Below are positions 1-12,629 of a DNA stretch of 43,300 nucleotides, in pieces (position 1 is the first letter of the stretch; each line of letters begins with the position of its first letter). The notes below the pieces were generated by a model. It was not told the origin of the DNA, ran no database searches, and saw only the letters and a program-made list of their open reading frames with translations. The stretch comes from Blastocystis sp. subtype 4 (lineage: Eukaryota): contig NW_014569488.1 of NCBI RefSeq assembly GCF_000743755.1, positions 1 to 43,300 of the forward strand, in the 5' to 3' direction. The translations under genes and the position numbers were made by a program.

Positions 1-158
1 TCTTGCTATTTGACATATTAGGTGTCTAGAGCCACAGATTGTGGAGAATTGAATCAGTCTTTCAATCCCCTCAGAATCAACAGAAAACCGTTCTCTTCGC
101 AAAGTGTCAAAACAAACATTCCAATAATACATTCACACAATCCAATCCCATAACTACT

Positions 159-2004
159 CTACATCGAGAACAGATCATCAAACACATCCCTTGTTTCAGT
201 CTTAGGAGCAGGGGCAGGAGCTGGCTTCGCAGCAGTGAAATCGAATCCCATTCCACTGAAAGGATCAAAAGCAGGTTCAGGTGCTGGGGCCGGGGCAGGG
301 GCTGCCTTTGGAGCCCTTGCTCTTGGAGCAGGAGCAGGTTCATCCCAAGATTCACCCCAATCATCATCAGCAGGCTTACGAGACTTTGGTTTGCGAGCAG
401 GAGCGGGAGCAGGTTCATCATCGTCATCAAAGAGATCATCAACCTTGCTCACCTTCTTCACAGGCTTACGAGTAGGGGCAGGAACCTCATCATCGTCATC
501 AAAGAGATCATCCACTGTACTAACCTTCTTCATAGGTTTGCGAGGAGCAGGAACCTCCTCATCATCATCAAAGAGATCATCCACATTCCTCACCTTTCTA
601 GCAGGCTTACGAGTGGGAGCAGGAACTTCGTCATCCTCCCAATCGTCAGTTGTGGGTTTACGAGCAGAACGAGGAGCAGGAGCAGGAGCAGGAGGAGAAG
701 CGGGAGCAGCTGGACCTTCATCCCACAGACCTAAACCCAACAAATCATCAGAAACAGCTTTGGTTGGCTGAGGTTTCTCTTCCTCCTCTGCTGCAACCTT
801 GGCAGGTCGTCGACGAGTCGAACGTACTTGAACTGAAGGCTCTTCAGCTACTTCTCTTCGAGGCTTACGCTTAGGTTTCTCTTCATCTGACCAATCATCT
901 GATTGCTTGGGAGTAGGTTCATCATCAGACCAACCATCATTTCTCTTCTTCTCTTCAGCCAACTTCCTCTGATACTTATCGTACATCTTGCTTAATTGCT
1001 GGCACATATCATTCAGTGTCAACAGACGATTCAACAACTATGCTAAGAACTATATCATATCCCATACATTCTCGTCATCACCTCGTGTGGTCTCACGATC
1101 AATCATGACCATCAATGCCTTCTGGCTTGCCTTGCTGTCCTCTACAATGCTCTTGGCCTTGGCATTCTCGAAGAAATCTACACCTTCCTCTTCTAGCTTT
1201 GCAAGAAGCTTCTTCACATTCCGATACAACTCCTTAGGATCCAAATCCTGAACGCGTTTTGCTGGTCCTGACGAAGGCTCTGACCTACTATTGTAACTCG
1301 TCGTCGATCGAGAAGAAGAATGAGTAGGAGCTGTCACCATGGGCACCCACTTGTTCTCATCTTCATTGGGGGCAGGAGGGAAACGAATACCTTTAGATAA
1401 TGAGCAAATAACAACCTTACCATCACGCTGCATCTCTTGGTACCCTTCCACAATTACTTTACCACGTCCTTGAGAGGCATATGGAAGAAAACCTTCACCC
1501 CAGACACGAACCATTGCACGAGCGTCATTCATCAGATGCATGTTGTCTGCACCACCCGTTTTGGCTTTACTCTATAAATAAAGAACAATCTAGAAGACCC
1601 AACAATAATCATATCCTTTAGTCTATGCATAAATAAGGGCGTGCAGGTATTATGAAAGCGGGCTCCAGTGTTCTTAATCAAGTAATCAGAGATTCTAACT
1701 ATTACCTCAAACAAGTGCCACCATACTTCAATGCAGTGCGAATCTCGCTATTGTTGTTACTTCCAAAAGCTCTTCCCAGAACAAACCACACTTCATCAAG
1801 AGCATCAGGATCATTTGTACTTAAGACCATATCAGTAAGCTATACTATTACATCCCCTTCAATAAAGACAAATACTCTTTGATAGTTTCCATTGTTGTAG
1901 GAATTCGCATAAATAGCATCATGAACAGCATTTCCTAACGGAGTCACAGGTTCACGAATAAATGAAGTCAGCTTTTCTGTAAGGCCGGAAAGACTAGAAA
2001 ACAT
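159..2004 (-). CDS. Tom1-like VHS-GAT endosomal adaptor with a long acidic/Pro-rich tail (multi-exon)
   Basis: Spliced model starts MFSSLSGLTEKLTSFIREPVTPLG. VHS-like segment (ISDYLIKNTGARFH) and GAT-like helices (SQKALMVMIDRE...LLNRLLTLNDMCQQLSKMYDKY). Tail carries DDLF, DDW and DPF motifs. Stop TAG at 159-161; TGTTTGTT at 111-118 on the minus strand. Confidence 0.7.
415..630 (-). repeat. Coding tandem repeat, about 3 copies of a 69-72 nt unit
   Basis: Encodes EVPAP(T)RKPxxKVxxVDDLFDDD(D/E) three times in the tail of the Tom1-like gene. Confidence 0.85.
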
Positions 2005-2098
2005 GTTGTATTGTTTGAGTATTCTGTAAAGGATGGGAATGATACACTTTTTTGCATATGCGAAATGAGTTCGGAAAAAGAAACATGTTACAAACTAG

Positions 2099-3513
2099 TT
2101 ACTTACAACGATAAACAACACCCAAATTTGTTTCAAGCATTTTTAACTCCTTCAAAAACGTTTCGTATAGATGTCGGTTTAATGCTGCTTCTTCACTCTC
2201 TTGCAACTCATTGTAACCATGAGTCTGAAGAGACCTAGAATGAAGAAAGCAATACAAAACTACGATGAGGGAGGGAAGGTCACCGCAAAACCATCCATCA
2301 AGATACTAAACGAATACCCGCGATACTGCAGATGTTCAATCCATTGAGCTCGACTCAGTGGACTATTGAAAAACCGCTCATCAAATGGCGGGAGAAACTG
2401 AGATTTCCTTACAACGACGAATCTACCTATCACTGACTCAACAAAGGAAGACGGGCTAAAAATGCCTTCATGTCGACAACGGATCTGATCTAGAGGATGG
2501 CCCCGAAGTCCATGGAACCAGCGACGTGGAAGATAATTGTGTTCAGAATCATCTCCATTTAATGAAATACACTGCTTCCTTAGAATACAGCTCCATAATT
2601 CTTTCTTTGAATGGGGAATGTCCTGAGGTAATCTAGAGATGAATGGGAGAATCAACTATGACTTCTTCTCACATTCTCGAACAGAGTTGCATTCCATGTA
2701 ATGAACAGAAAAAACAGGAACAACAATAGCCAAATCAGTTCGTCGTAGATACGAAAGTGGGAGATCATAAAGTCTCTCATAGAGCTTGTCTGATGGAACC
2801 ATATCCATATCCATTACCCATACATGACTAGTTGTAGCATTCGCTATTGCTATGTTCCGCAAATGATTCACCGGTAATGAGTTAGCAGCAGAAATGTATG
2901 AGTGGAGGTAAAGACGTTTCAACCGATAAAACAACGGATACTTATCTCTATAGTGAATGTACTCACTAGGAGACATATAGAGGGCAATTGATATAGGTCT
3001 ATACATCCAAAGAACGACAAACAATATACCCTGTCCATTGTTCCAGAAGACGAGGAATGTACTCAAGTTGAGATACTCTACAATTACAAACCAGATCACA
3101 ATTCTACGGTCCCTGAGAACATAGAGTAATATCAAGTCCCCGTAGGTTCCCTTTGTTACTACCAGTGGTATGATATCTTGCATCTAGTTCAGAAGAAAAA
3201 GCTACACTCTGGTGTTGTCTCAAATGAATATCTTTCAGATTCAAGGAATCTCCTCCAGATGATGTACGAGCCATACGGATGTTTTTGGTGCTAAGCCACT
3301 CGACAAAACTCGGATTTTGTCTCTTTCGTGCTAGAGAATAATCCTGGATAGTATATCAGAACACATACATACTTCGGTTGGATTATGTGATAGCACCTCT
3401 GAATTACAACGAAAGAAACTGTGTGTTAGCAAGTGAACCAATACAAACACTATCCACGCCATTGCTGCCAGAAGGACAACAAAGACAAGTGGAATTCCTG
3501 CCCTTCCAGACAT
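2099..3513 (-). CDS. Type II membrane glycosyltransferase, GT49 (LARGE/B4GAT1-like) family (multi-exon)
   Basis: N-terminal TM segment (IPLVFVVLLAAMAWIVFVL). PVNHLRNIAIANATTSHVWVMDMDMVPS contains the DxD motif; also PPFDERF and QWIEHLQYRGYSFSIL. Last exon ends VVYRCK-TAA. Confidence 0.8.
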
Positions 3514-3568
3514 GAGCAGAGAAATGGAATCAATAGAAATAACAAAGAAACTTAGTGAACAAAAGAAA

Positions 3569-4168
3569 TTAATACAAATCATGATAATCTGGAACTCGCA
3601 GATGATCTGGATCAGGTCCAGAGAATGGTGGTGGGTTTGGACGTCTCAAACCGGATGGCTGAGGATATCCTGAAGGAATTCGCGGCTTGGAGTGAACTAC
3701 GATGTTAGTAAAGTACACAAATCAGATACTCGGATAATAGGGATCAAATCTAGCACCTGCAGGAATGAAGGTTCCACTGACAGGTTCGCCATTCTCTCCT
3801 AAAGGCTCTCGGCGTTTAAATGAATCAGGACCTAGAAAGCTAGAAGTTAAATAAATATCAAAGAAATACCTCCCACCGTTACTACCATATCCAGGTAATC
3901 GATCTGCATCAAATCCATTAGGTTCAGGACGTTGAAGAGAGCGTGATGGTGGCAATTCTGGTTTTGTTGATGGGCGAAGGAGTGATGCTTCACTATATCT
4001 TTGTTCTAACTATGAACATTTGGTATTTGATATACCAAGAGATTCAATGAACTGTATATATTCGTTCTTCACTTCACCTGGAGCCAACTTGTCTTCAACT
4101 TCTTTCAACAACTGAAGATTCTTCAGGTCATCTATTCAACAAGCAAAACATCCTATTATACTATTCAT
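3569..4168 (-). CDS. PSMF1: Proteasome inhibitor PI31-like protein, short form (multi-exon)
   Basis: IPAGARFDPYYP and the C-terminal GPDPDHLRVPDYHDLY-stop match the PI31 PGARFDP and PDHL motifs. Start inferred from MNNDLKNL across a 30-nt intron. Confidence 0.75.
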
Positions 4169-4324
4169 CTTGATGTAAAAATGATTGAATAGTCATCACA
4201 GTGTTGATTATCAAGCAATTTCTAACGAATTATGATTTCAGTTTTCTTTATGTAAGTTGACTTAGGGAGTGGAAATACGAAAACAATATAAAGAAGTTCA
4301 TTATACACTTATAACAAACAATCA

Positions 4325-7300
4325 TTACGTCTTTATTTGAATGGGATGGTAGTTCTTTCTCTCAGTACTATCCATACCCTTCCATTTTTCCCGTAGTAAA
4401 CTATACTTAGCAATAAATGACAGGGATTTATATGTCTCCGAATGTTGCTTCAGTTCACGATGAACAAACGATGAAAAGAGCATGCAATCATCACTCACAT
4501 GAGTCAGAATGGATTCTGCATTATCTAGAGAATCTCCCCCCTCAAACCATGTTTCAACTTTGTTATTACATTCCTCTTGTTTATAGAGTCCAACAAGAGA
4601 TAATCGTAATCGCTTGTCCTCTCTTGCTGCTTCCCATTTCTGTCGAGTTGTAGTGAATAGTTTCTTTTCCTTCTCTAGACTTATACCTCCCAAAAATAAC
4701 CACTTTTATCTACAATGGATCTCCCTAGAACTTCTCGTTCAAAAAAATAGTATCCATCATCCATACAACTCAGATCTTCTCGCAATTTCTTCTTCTTGAT
4801 TAATCGATCTAATTCCCTGTTCGTCAATAACACAACTATCTTCTACCCTCGTTCAGCAGCATCCATCTCCTTTTCATACCGAAGTTGATCCTCTTCTCCC
4901 ATTCGTATGTACCGACTCTTCTCCTCATTCTCAAGACATTTCCATTCCTCTGACAAATCCTTCCGAATCTGATCACGAGTAACCTTACGATGTGTCACTT
5001 TGTATGCAGGAGTATTCATCAGGATGTAGTACATATATGGAAGACGAGGAGCCACAACTATTCCTTTTGTCTCTAGAGATCAATAGAACTCTTTAGCAGT
5101 ACGGTTCAATAACTCCTGAGAATATGTCTTCTTGACATGCTTTGAAGTATCATTGCATTTTTGAGCTAATTCGGATCGATACCGTTCCGAATCACTTTGA
5201 GCCATTTGAATATAAGGATACTTCTCTTGGTCTGTTAATGCATTCCACTGCTCTCGTAAAGCTCGTTCAAAGGATCCTCGATCATACTCTATTGTTCATT
5301 CAATCCCTTTCTTCCTACCTGGATGCACTTTTCGAAGGGTTCCAGTGACACACATCGAATAGAATTTGAAGGGAGATCGACGAAGAGTCACTCCTAGACT
5401 CTCTACATATTATTCTCATCCTTCTCAATCACTTTTCGTAATTCCAGCTTCTTTCATTTCTCTCTCATATCGTTTGGCATCCTCATGAGCCAAATCCTTG
5501 TATTTCTTCTTCTCTTCATCATTCAGATTCCTATAACGCTCAGCAAGAAGTTCTCGTAACTGTTTTGACTTCATATCTACCTTACATTCAACCAAAAGAA
5601 ATACTTGGGAACTCCTTCCGAACCAAAGGCAAATTCATGGTCATATATATCCCACTGGGTTTCCGTTTTTGAACAATCTTAACAGTCGGTTGGTCTTCTT
5701 CTATTGGCTGCTCCTTATCACCATGAATCGCCTTAATAAATGCATCTTCTTCATTAGACAAACGTTCATAAGGAGCTCGTTCTTCTTCTGATAATTCACA
5801 CCATTGTTGATATAGAATCAAATACACCTCTGCCTGAGAAATGTCTGGATGAGCTGTCTGATAGGATTCATAATTGGAACGGAGATAGAAAAACGAAGGA
5901 GGTCGTTTCGTTGCAATCACTTCACGTACTAAATTATGATACACAAGGTAATCATACTTCTTTTCTCACGAGGAGGTTTGATTGAAGAATTTGTTGTGTT
6001 GACTGATCGCTTCTTTCTCTCCTTTCCTTCCATACTACAATTATATCAGCGTAATAGCAATACTCAGGAAACACTTGCTTCATCTCTGTCATTTGAGATT
6101 TCTGAAAGGCTGCTTCCATTGCTTCATATGGAGCCTTCTCTTTAGGAGTCATTTTTGCCCATTTTCGACGAATGACTTCAATAACACCTTGAGGAGACAA
6201 CACTATTATGAACCATATCATTCAATCCAACAAGGAAATGCTTTTGCTGTTTCTTCTTTCATTGCATCAACATAGTAACTCCGTGCAGTATGAGTGACCT
6301 TCGTAACTATTCATTACAATGGTTCTATTCTTGTACTTCCCGTATTCTTCTTCTTTTTACTGGTACGCAAGACTACTAATTCTTGATCTGTGATCCTATT
6401 TCAGAGGCCTATCAATAGAATACGATGGATTCACTTGTCGCATTTCACGATCAAATCGCTTTTCATCCTCTCGTTGCATAGCATAGAATGGTTCACGTTG
6501 AGCTTCAGTAAGAGTTCCCCACTTATAAAGAAGCATAGCATATCGATCATTTCGGTTTACAGCTACTCCTAACATCCAATCCTTACACTCACATTCATCT
6601 AACAATTTCACTTCAGATATCATTAACTGAACATAAAACTTGCTTGCATGACGACATCCTGCTACAGAACGCACACCAGCAAGAACAGCCTCCTTGTTAA
6701 AACTATCCTTCTTATCACTAATCTTCTCGTATTCTGTTTTCTCTTCTTCTGAGAGAGACAGCCAATCATCATAGAGTTTCTTATTGATATCCTCTTGAGA
6801 CACATCTATATGGCATGCAATGGTAGTCTAATACTAGGTGTCAGTTTATGTTGCTTATGATAGTGAGCTAACATGTATGAGAAACATCCAGGTCGTCGAA
6901 GCTTCTTTCCATTCACTATCTATCACAAAATCAAGTCATTCTTACATGAAGTCTCCTTTAATTGATAGTTAAACTTCAAAATATCTTCTTCTGTCATTCT
7001 AGAGATTCATCACATAACCATATTCTTACTCAGGGTGAGCTGCTTTCATTTCCTTCACATAACGTTTGTTATCTTCCTTTTCACGCTTCTTATATGGTTT
7101 TTTCTTTTTATCACTTAACTGATTCCATTCCTTTCGCAACTCCTTCATTACTTCATAACGAGTACAACCTGGATTCTCCACAACTCGTTCCAGCCAGTGA
7201 TCAACAGCATAGAAAATGAAAGCGCTTCGCCGAAAATCAGGATCTCCATCCGCTATTATCAACACCCATTATCAACACTACTTCGTACGATGGACTGAAA

Positions 7301-8025
7301 AAGTAATAAACGATTCTCTGGGTAACGATATGGACTACATATTACTTCAAATGCGTAGGATCACTTTCGTTCTTGCCATGCTTGGAAATCAATAAGAAAC
7401 TGTTTCTTCTCTTTCTTTGATACTAATTCCCATTTCTATCAATTATCCAAAGACCATCTTACTCACTTCTTTCTCTTCTGCCGACATGGAATTCCAATCA
7501 GATGATTGTTGGTTAAGAACATCCAAGAAAGGCATATCTATCAGTCATAATTGATATAAATAACAACCTGGATACTTTTTCATATACATATCCAGAGTAT
7601 CTCGATAGAAACACCCATAAGCATCAAGAGGAGAAGCAGGTTCAGGATCTAAGTCGACTCCTTCGTTATTGCCATCGTTGGAACTTGCTGAATCTCCAGA
7701 CGAATTGACTGTAGCAACCTCCACAGGCACAGCAGTTCCATTATTCACATTTTCCTTAGCATCCTCTTCAGCCCGTGATACAGCAGCACTCTAAGTGTGA
7801 ACAAAAGATAACAAACCCACATTCAGCATCTCCTCCATCAACTCCGAATAACTATCCAAATCGTGCTTGTTATAGTTCATTTTCTTTTCAACGAAGCGAA
7901 CGAGTTCATTTGGAGTAACACTTCTAGAAATGACTCAAAAAGGATTAAAAGAACGAGATATCTCCGAGAATATCAATAACTTCATTAATACAGTTCAAGA
8001 TATCTTCTTTGCTGACTTGCGGCAT
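4325..8025 (-). CDS. Multi-HMG-box protein (about 9-10 boxes) with a putative N-terminal DEK-C-like domain (multi-exon)
   Basis: Repeated HMG helix patterns such as KEWNQLSDKKKKPYKKREKEDNKRY, QQWCELSEEERAPYERL and EEWKCLENEEKSRYIRMGEEDQLRYEKEM. Starts MPQVSKEDILNCINEVIDILGDISSVTPNELVRFVEKKM. TAA at 4325-4327, then 4 nt, then TGTTTGTT. Confidence 0.8.
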
Positions 8026-8157
8026 CGGAGGAGTAAAAACTGTCCTAATGATACAATCAATAATGAATAGGAAATGAATTATGGAAAATGTTACCAACAA
8101 ACATGACTCCAATTACCACATAATGTACAAATCACTCTACAAATGCCACTAAAATAT

Positions 8158-8706
8158 TCAGTGGCGAATTTCACCCATCTCTGCAGCATTTCTTTGACGA
8201 CTTGTCTTGACCTGTTGACGTTCCTCACGTAACTATCCCAATCAATCTAATCACAACTATCCCACTCTATTTTCTTCCTCCTCCTCTTCCCGAATAATCG
8301 ATTCCAATCTCTCTTCTCGATTCAATCCGTGTTGAATCCAATCATAATCCGATCCAGACCATCCAAAGAAATCAAGGATTCCATAACCAATGTTAGCAAA
8401 GGCTACAATTAGCGAACAAACCAAACACTAACCATTAAAAGTACTCATGACTATATAATGCAAGTTGTGTCCAACGACAGTGAAGACACTCAACTTATCG
8501 ACTTCATCATCAGGAAATTCAGGTTCCCAATACTAAAGTTCATATATATCTATGAGTAATACATAAGGAGCATCTTTTGAATGCAACTCATCAGCCGAGA
8601 GATGCTCCTGCTTAGCAGCCTTTATAATATTCTCCGCAATTTCACGACCCTAATAATGAAACCAATAGAATAATATAACCCTTGGGCAGTTGTCTTCAAC
8701 GTTCAT
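8158..8706 (-). CDS. Small protein, possibly FAM177-like (5 exons)
   Basis: Four 30-33 nt GT-AG introns give a continuous ORF from MNVEDNCPR through AFANIGYGILDFFGWSGSDYDW to EIRH-stop. TGTTTGTT at 8096-8103. The family call is a weak resemblance only. Confidence 0.55.
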
Positions 8707-8717
8707 TGAGAAAAGAA

Positions 8718-8790
8718 TTCCCACACCGGGAATCGAACCCGGATCGGCAGGGTGAGAGCCTGCTATCCTAACCAATTAGACTATATGGGA
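8718..8790 (-). tRNA. tRNA-Glu (anticodon CTC)
   Basis: 73-nt cloverleaf TCCCATA...GCAGG-CT-CTC-AC-CCTGC...GGTTCGATTCCC...TGTGGGAA, followed by a T-run. Confidence 0.95.
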
Positions 8791-8853
8791 CTTGCTTTAA
8801 GTATTCATCATACCTAGAAAAGAAATGTATCTCCCTTTCTAAAACAGGATAGA

Positions 8854-10306
8854 ATGCCAATTGATATTAATCTACTCAGAGCATTCAAGGGAGGTGTTCC
8901 TGAACTTGTTCGATTATCGCAAGCAAAGCGTTTTGCTGATGTTGGTCTAGTGGATAGGGTAATCGCTCTCGATGATGTACTATTTAATGTTCTAAAGTAA
9001 ATCAAAGAAGTGGAGAAAGTTGGTTGGTACTCTCGATAACTACAATAAGGAGAAACACATAGTATCCAAAGAAGTGGTTCCTCTAGTACTTTTTGATTCT
9101 CTAGATTGGAAAGAAACGAAAACAAGGATTAGGTACATCAGAGGAATTGAAAGAGATATCTCGATTAAAAGAGGAGATTACAAATACACAGACACTCATA
9201 GAAAAAGCAAGAATCGAGAGAGATCAATCCCTCAATCGAATAGGTAACATCATTTCGGAAACCACTCCTATAGCTAAGGACGAGGTATGAACTCAATAAA
9301 TACTTCATTCTAGAGTGAGAATGTCGAAGTCACTAGATGGGGTGTTCCTCGTGAGATGACTCGTGATATGTATTGTCATCATGAGCTATTGTGGAAGATT
9401 GATGGTTATGAGCCTGAGCGTGGTGTTCGTGTTGCTGGTCATCGTGGCTATTTCCTGAAAGGAGCTGCTGTTCTTCTGAATCAAGCTATCATTATGTATG
9501 CCATGCATTGGAACAGTCAGAGAGGATTCACTATGCTGCAAACTCCCTATTTCATGAATCGAGATGTTATGGCAGGTGTGGCTCAGTTGGAAGACTTCGA
9601 TGAAGAGTTGTATCATGTGGAAGGAGAAGAAGGTGATGAGAAGTATCTGATTGCGACTTCAGAACAACCAATCTGTGGTTATCACATGGGTGAGTGGTTG
9701 GATGAGAAGGAGTTGCCTCTGAAATACACAGGATTCTCAACGAATTTCCGTAAGGAGGCAGGTGCTCATGGGAAGGATACATGGGGCATCTTCCGTGTTC
9801 ATCAGTTTGACAAAGTGGAGCAGTTTGTAATCTGTAAGCCGGAAGACAGTTGGGAGATGCATGAGTACATGATCAAGAACAGTCGTGAGTTCTATGAATC
9901 TCTGAATTTGCCTTATCGTGTGGTGAATATCGTTTCAGGTGCTCTGAATAATGCTGCTGCTAAGAAGTATGATCTGGAAGGATGGTTCCCTGGCTACAAT
10001 GCTTATCGTGAGTTGGTATCATGTAGTAATTGTACTGATTATCAATCGCGTGCAATGGAGATTCGATGTGGCTCAACCAAGAAGGCCAATGAGGACAAGA
10101 GATATGTTCATATGCTCAACTCAACACTCTGTGCTCTCACTCGTACTCTTTGTTGTATTCTGGAGAACTATCAGACAGAGGATGGTATTCAGATTCCTGA
10201 GAAGTTGCTTCCCTATATGAATGGTATCACCTTCCTTCCTTTCACTCGAGATCTTCCTAGTGATATGATGAAGGCTCGTGAGGAACGTCTGAAGCAGATG
10301 AATTGA
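8854..10306 (+). CDS. SARS1: Cytosolic seryl-tRNA synthetase (short 5' introns, long final exon)
   Basis: Starts MPIDINLLRAFKGG. Motifs YLIATSEQP, FRKEAGAHGKDTWGIFRVHQFDKVEQF, AAKKYDLEGWFP, ELVSCSNCTDYQSR and HMLNSTLCA. Confidence 0.97.
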
Positions 10307-10345
10307 TAGGAATTAGTGACAATGAGTGTTTAAACAAACAACTGT

Positions 10346-11204
10346 AACCAAATCGAGGATCACTACATCAAACTCTTCAACACATAAATACTCTGGATTG
10401 TCCATTGCTGAATGGAAAAAGCCCGTACTTGGAGCAGCGGTCTTTTGATTGACCCTACTTCCTAACATACGAAGACGCATCGTCATTGTGGAACCATTAT
10501 ACTCTACACTTTGTCCATCAAACTTGGCAATCGCCTGTTCACCCGATTCACGATTTTGATATACAGCTAAGGCTGTACCCTATAATTCACTTCTATCTCT
10601 TTACGATACTCGGAATCGATTCGAAGCATCCATATCCATCTCAATACTCTGGAATCCTGGAACAATTCCAAAGAGTTTCTCAAGTGTCTCCTTGTCAATG
10701 GAAGGATCCAGACCACCAACAAATACCTGAGTTCCTAGTCATGATCTGTTCTCTCGAGACCTACCAACTTCGAACGTGACCGGTCCTGACGTCGTATCTA
10801 TAGAACAATGAGGAGGACGAGATTGCAGAACTACTCGATTGAACAGGTACAGTACGTGCCGGCACCGCATCTCTGTCATCAAATCTATCATGACGCCAGT
10901 TGTCTTCCATATTTCGATCGTTGCGACGCTGATAATGGTCTCTCCCAGTGAATCTCTACCTCTCAAGCGAACTCACAAAATAAATACACCTCCTCGTCGA
11001 TTGTCTCCTCTACTACGATTCTGTCGACCATTATAATAGGATGCACCTGGTTTTCCTAATGGTTCACTAGTCTGAGAATATCCTACGGAAAGGCATTCGA
11101 TTACGTGTTTTTTCTCTTCTAGATCCATTCCGGAGACCTTCGGCTCTTCTCTTGGCAATAATCTCATCCAGAGACATATTCAAATCCGTATTGCTTCCAC
11201 TCAT
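10346..11204 (-). CDS. ALYREF: ALY/REF (THO4)-like mRNA export adaptor with RRM; stop codon probably completed by polyadenylation
   Basis: N-terminal LNMSLDEII box, an RGG/R-rich region, and an RRM (QVFVGGLDPSID...RFRGTALAVY...AIAKFDG). The spliced frame ends DPRFG-TA, 4 nt before TGTTTGTT (10333-10340). Confidence 0.75.
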
Positions 11205-11553
11205 TCTCTCTCTACTTGAATTACTGCAGATACGATTATCCCTACAAAGAGTCTTTGAATACTGCAATCTTTGACTCAACAATGATGGTCTATAGAATGG
11301 CTATTGCATCAAGTCGTTGAAAATATCAAATTCTAAAGGATTAATAATCACTTTTCATTGGCGCGTCGAGCTTTACATCGTTTTGGTGTTCCACTTGCTA
11401 TGAAATGATGATAAGAGATCAATTTCAAGATAGGTGAGAAAAGTGGGAGGGAAAACATTCAAACTGTTTCGCTCAAATTCTCGTTCCTTCCTTGTTCTTT
11501 TATCGAGAAACTCATAGGCTTCCAAAGCATTGTCATAAGGAATCCTCTTAGGT

Positions 11554-12629
11554 ATGAATCGAGGTGATCCGACTACTGGAACCCGATCTCCTTCTCTTCC
11601 TTGTTCTTCTTCGAAATCGGAAGTAAAAGAATGTCGTAAGATCCTTCTTTTATTCGTTCATTGGGTAGCAATCTGCTTACAGGAGATTCGGTCAAGAGGT
11701 ATGATTCCTTGTTGCCCTCATGAATTCTGCTATGTGTGTATTTTGGAATGGTCCAAAGTAACAAATGAGTGTCCTTTATGCAAACGAACCTTTCATGAAA
11801 TTCAAGTTATGAATGTGAGTTGAGGTAGGATGGCTATGACTCGAAGAAGGCTACCGGACGACTGGTGTCTGTTCCTATTCAAGATCATAAACAAGAGAAT
11901 GATGTAATTGTTGAGAATTTCATGTTCGGTTGTGTTTTTCGCATGAGTCGTAGATATGACGACCGTCCGAATGTGAATGAGTACATCGAAGATGGCTTTC
12001 TGGTGGACGATGATGCTCCAATCGAGTATGAGACACAACTCACCCAGTCTACCACAACTTATTATCCAAGTTTCACCAGTACTTCGGACTCCTATGAGGC
12101 TCTTCCTCGGTTACGATCTCGCCGTCAGCGTCAGCTTACTGCCCTCGAGGCCGATCGTGCCGAACACGAAACGAGACTCTTACTGGAGCGACGGTCTCTG
12201 CGTCGTCGTCGTGCCGTAGTAGTGAGTGATGATGAGGACTTCATCGAGGAGAGTCCATCATTGGATATGTCAGTTACTCCCTCAGGTACTTCGACCGTAG
12301 TACTCTCTAGCAATGGGTCTTCGGTCTCGACCCCTGTCTTGCCTACACGACATCTCCAGGAACTCGATATGTTGCCACGGGAGATTTGTGCTGATAGTAG
12401 TGAGTCTGTTCCTCTCAGCTCACGACAAGTGTGCTTGGATTTCACACAGTTGATCTTTCAACCGCCAGCATTATTACCAACAGATGGGACAACAGAAATT
12501 GAGGTGATGAATGGGAAAGGGAATAAGATATAGAGACGAGTGATTATTCCTGAAACACCATATCGAGAGAAACGGAGTCGTACCATTTCCGAACACCTTT
12601 TCAATGTCAAGATGTCACGATTGATGTGA
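11554..12629 (+). CDS. RING-finger (C3HC4) protein with a disordered C-terminus (multi-exon)
   Basis: Removing intron 11636-11668 gives CPICLQEIRSRGMIPCCPHEFCYVCILEWSKVTNECPLCKRTF. Ends MSRLM-TGA; TGTTTGTT at 12651-12658. Confidence 0.8.

Noticed and set aside
415..630. Regularly spaced repeats as a CRISPR-like array
   Set aside because: They are in-frame coding repeats without unique spacers, in a eukaryotic gene with no cas genes nearby.
39..874. Long plus-strand ORFs (231 aa, 178 aa) with GAGAG and SSSS repeats
   Set aside because: Antisense to the repetitive Pro/Asp-rich tail of the Tom1-like gene.
8718..10306. Functional pairing of the tRNA with the adjacent synthetase
   Set aside because: The tRNA is Glu(CTC) while the enzyme is SerRS, so they are not cognate.
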